NCBI GenBank assembly: GCA_963833985.1
Contig: CAWIAD010000002.1
Coordinates: 448,001-512,000 of the forward strand
Length of the DNA: 64,000 bases
Reading direction: 5' to 3'
DNA from: an uncultured Planctomycetaceae bacterium
Lineage (GTDB): Bacteria > Planctomycetota > Planctomycetia > Isosphaerales > Isosphaeraceae
Of the stretch, positions 63,017 to 64,000 are shown piece after piece. The position numbers and the translations under genes were made by a program. The notes beneath the pieces were generated by a model. That model was not told the DNA's origin. It ran no database searches and saw only the letters and a list, made by a program, of their open reading frames with translations. Each line of letters begins with the position of its first letter. The stretch's first letter is position 1.

Positions 63017-63462
63017 TGCAGGTCGGGCTCACGCCCGAGGTTGGAGGCTACGCCCGTGAAAACCACGTGCTCACGCACGTGGCCATGCGTGCCAAGCGGC
63101 GGGACGTGCGGACCGGGGACCCGTCGATGGGTCTGATGCGATGCAGGTCGGGCTCACGCCCGAGGCTAGGGGCTGCGCCCGTGAAAACCACGTGCTCACG
63201 CACGTGGCCATGTGCTATGCGCCGCGGACGCCGGGGCGGGTGCAGCAGTGCCGTGGCGATGAGCGTGATGCGGCCAGGTGCAGGTCGGGCTCACGCCCAA
63301 GGTTTGGGGCTGCGCCCGTGAAAACCACGTGCTCACGCACGTGGCCATCAGCCGCGGACTCCCAGAACGCTGACCTACGTGGCCACCGCCGCGGACTCCC
63401 AGAACGCTGACTTACGTGGCCACCGCCGCGGACTCCCGGAACGGCTGACCCACGTGGCCATG
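63017..63462 (+). repeat. Tandem array: three ~70-bp repeat B units plus three ~36-bp units
   Basis: 63017-63087, 63142-63212, 63279-63348; GCCGCGGACTCCC.GAAC(G)GCTGAC..ACGTGGCCA x3. Confidence 0.92.
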
Positions 63463-64000
63463 CCCCGCCGGGCCGGCATCACCTGACGAACCTGGGGGGA
63501 TGCGCGGCGCACTGAGCAGAGAGCCCAGGGCAACCGCGACATCGGTCCGGATGCGCAACATCTCCCGATTCCCGTGGCGTTTACACCGTAGACTCATCAT
63601 GACGGTGCATTCGCTGGCTCTTTGTCAATCCGGTCGTTGGCGAGAATCGGCGCGCGCCGCCAGGGTCAGGCGGCGCGCGGAGGCCCGGCCCCTATCTCAA
63701 GCCGGCTGTGGGCGATCCGCAGGCGGGAGCGATGAAAAAATTTCACGATCGAAGCCAATCGGAAAAGGGGAAAAGGTGATCCAACCCTGTGTTGCGAAAA
63801 GGGTAGCGTCCGACGGGTTGGTTCCGGACCCGCTGGAACGAAGCCAATCAGCCGGTCGAAAGCGGATAGGAGGCCGGCGGCCTGCACCATTCCACGCGGC
63901 ATGGGGTCCGTCCCGGCGGCCCCGGCACGATGACCCGAATCGGGCTGAGTTCGCGCGGACGGTGAGAGGTCCAGTGGCTCCCCATTCAGCTCAGGTTCAC

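Noticed and set aside
63017..63462. CRISPR array
   Set aside because: Units are ~70 bp, the intervening sequences resemble the flank of the 47.6-kb copy rather than being unique spacers, and no cas genes are seen
1..64000. tRNA or rRNA genes
   Set aside because: None recognised by eye; tRNAscan was not run

Overview
GC-rich bacterial DNA, most likely from a planctomycete (inferred from LEPR-XLL, DUF1559, DUF1573 and PEP-CTERM proteins and the absence of rpmD). 1-16.4 kb is the S10-spc-alpha ribosomal protein cluster on the minus strand (rpsJ to partial rplQ). It is followed by an Ig-repeat surface protein, a Uma2 nuclease and fusA. 22.7-40 kb is accessory DNA: DUF1559 genes, two GT39/ArnT-like glycosyltransferases (one broken by IS701), a secreted 13-Cys peptide with a DUF1573 gene, a TA pair, DUF5009, and an AKR/TetR pair. 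40-64 kb is a plasticity zone. About ten co-oriented copies of a ~60-250 bp palindromic element (repeat A, ends GGGGCCACCCAC...GTGGGTGGCCCC, stuttered termini) separate short cargo blocks: TA pairs, PEP-CTERM, LRR, ankyrin, Uma2 and a heme protein. Interspersed are several fragments of a Y1/HUH RAYT-like transposase, two further hairpin repeat families, a probable group II intron 5' fragment, and ISAs1, IS4, IS3 and IS21 elements with defined ends. The best candidate for an undescribed system is this integron-like but integrase-free hairpin-delimited cassette array linked to RAYT-like HUH enzymes. Several frameshifts may be sequencing errors. All family calls are by-eye motif recognition; no searches were run.
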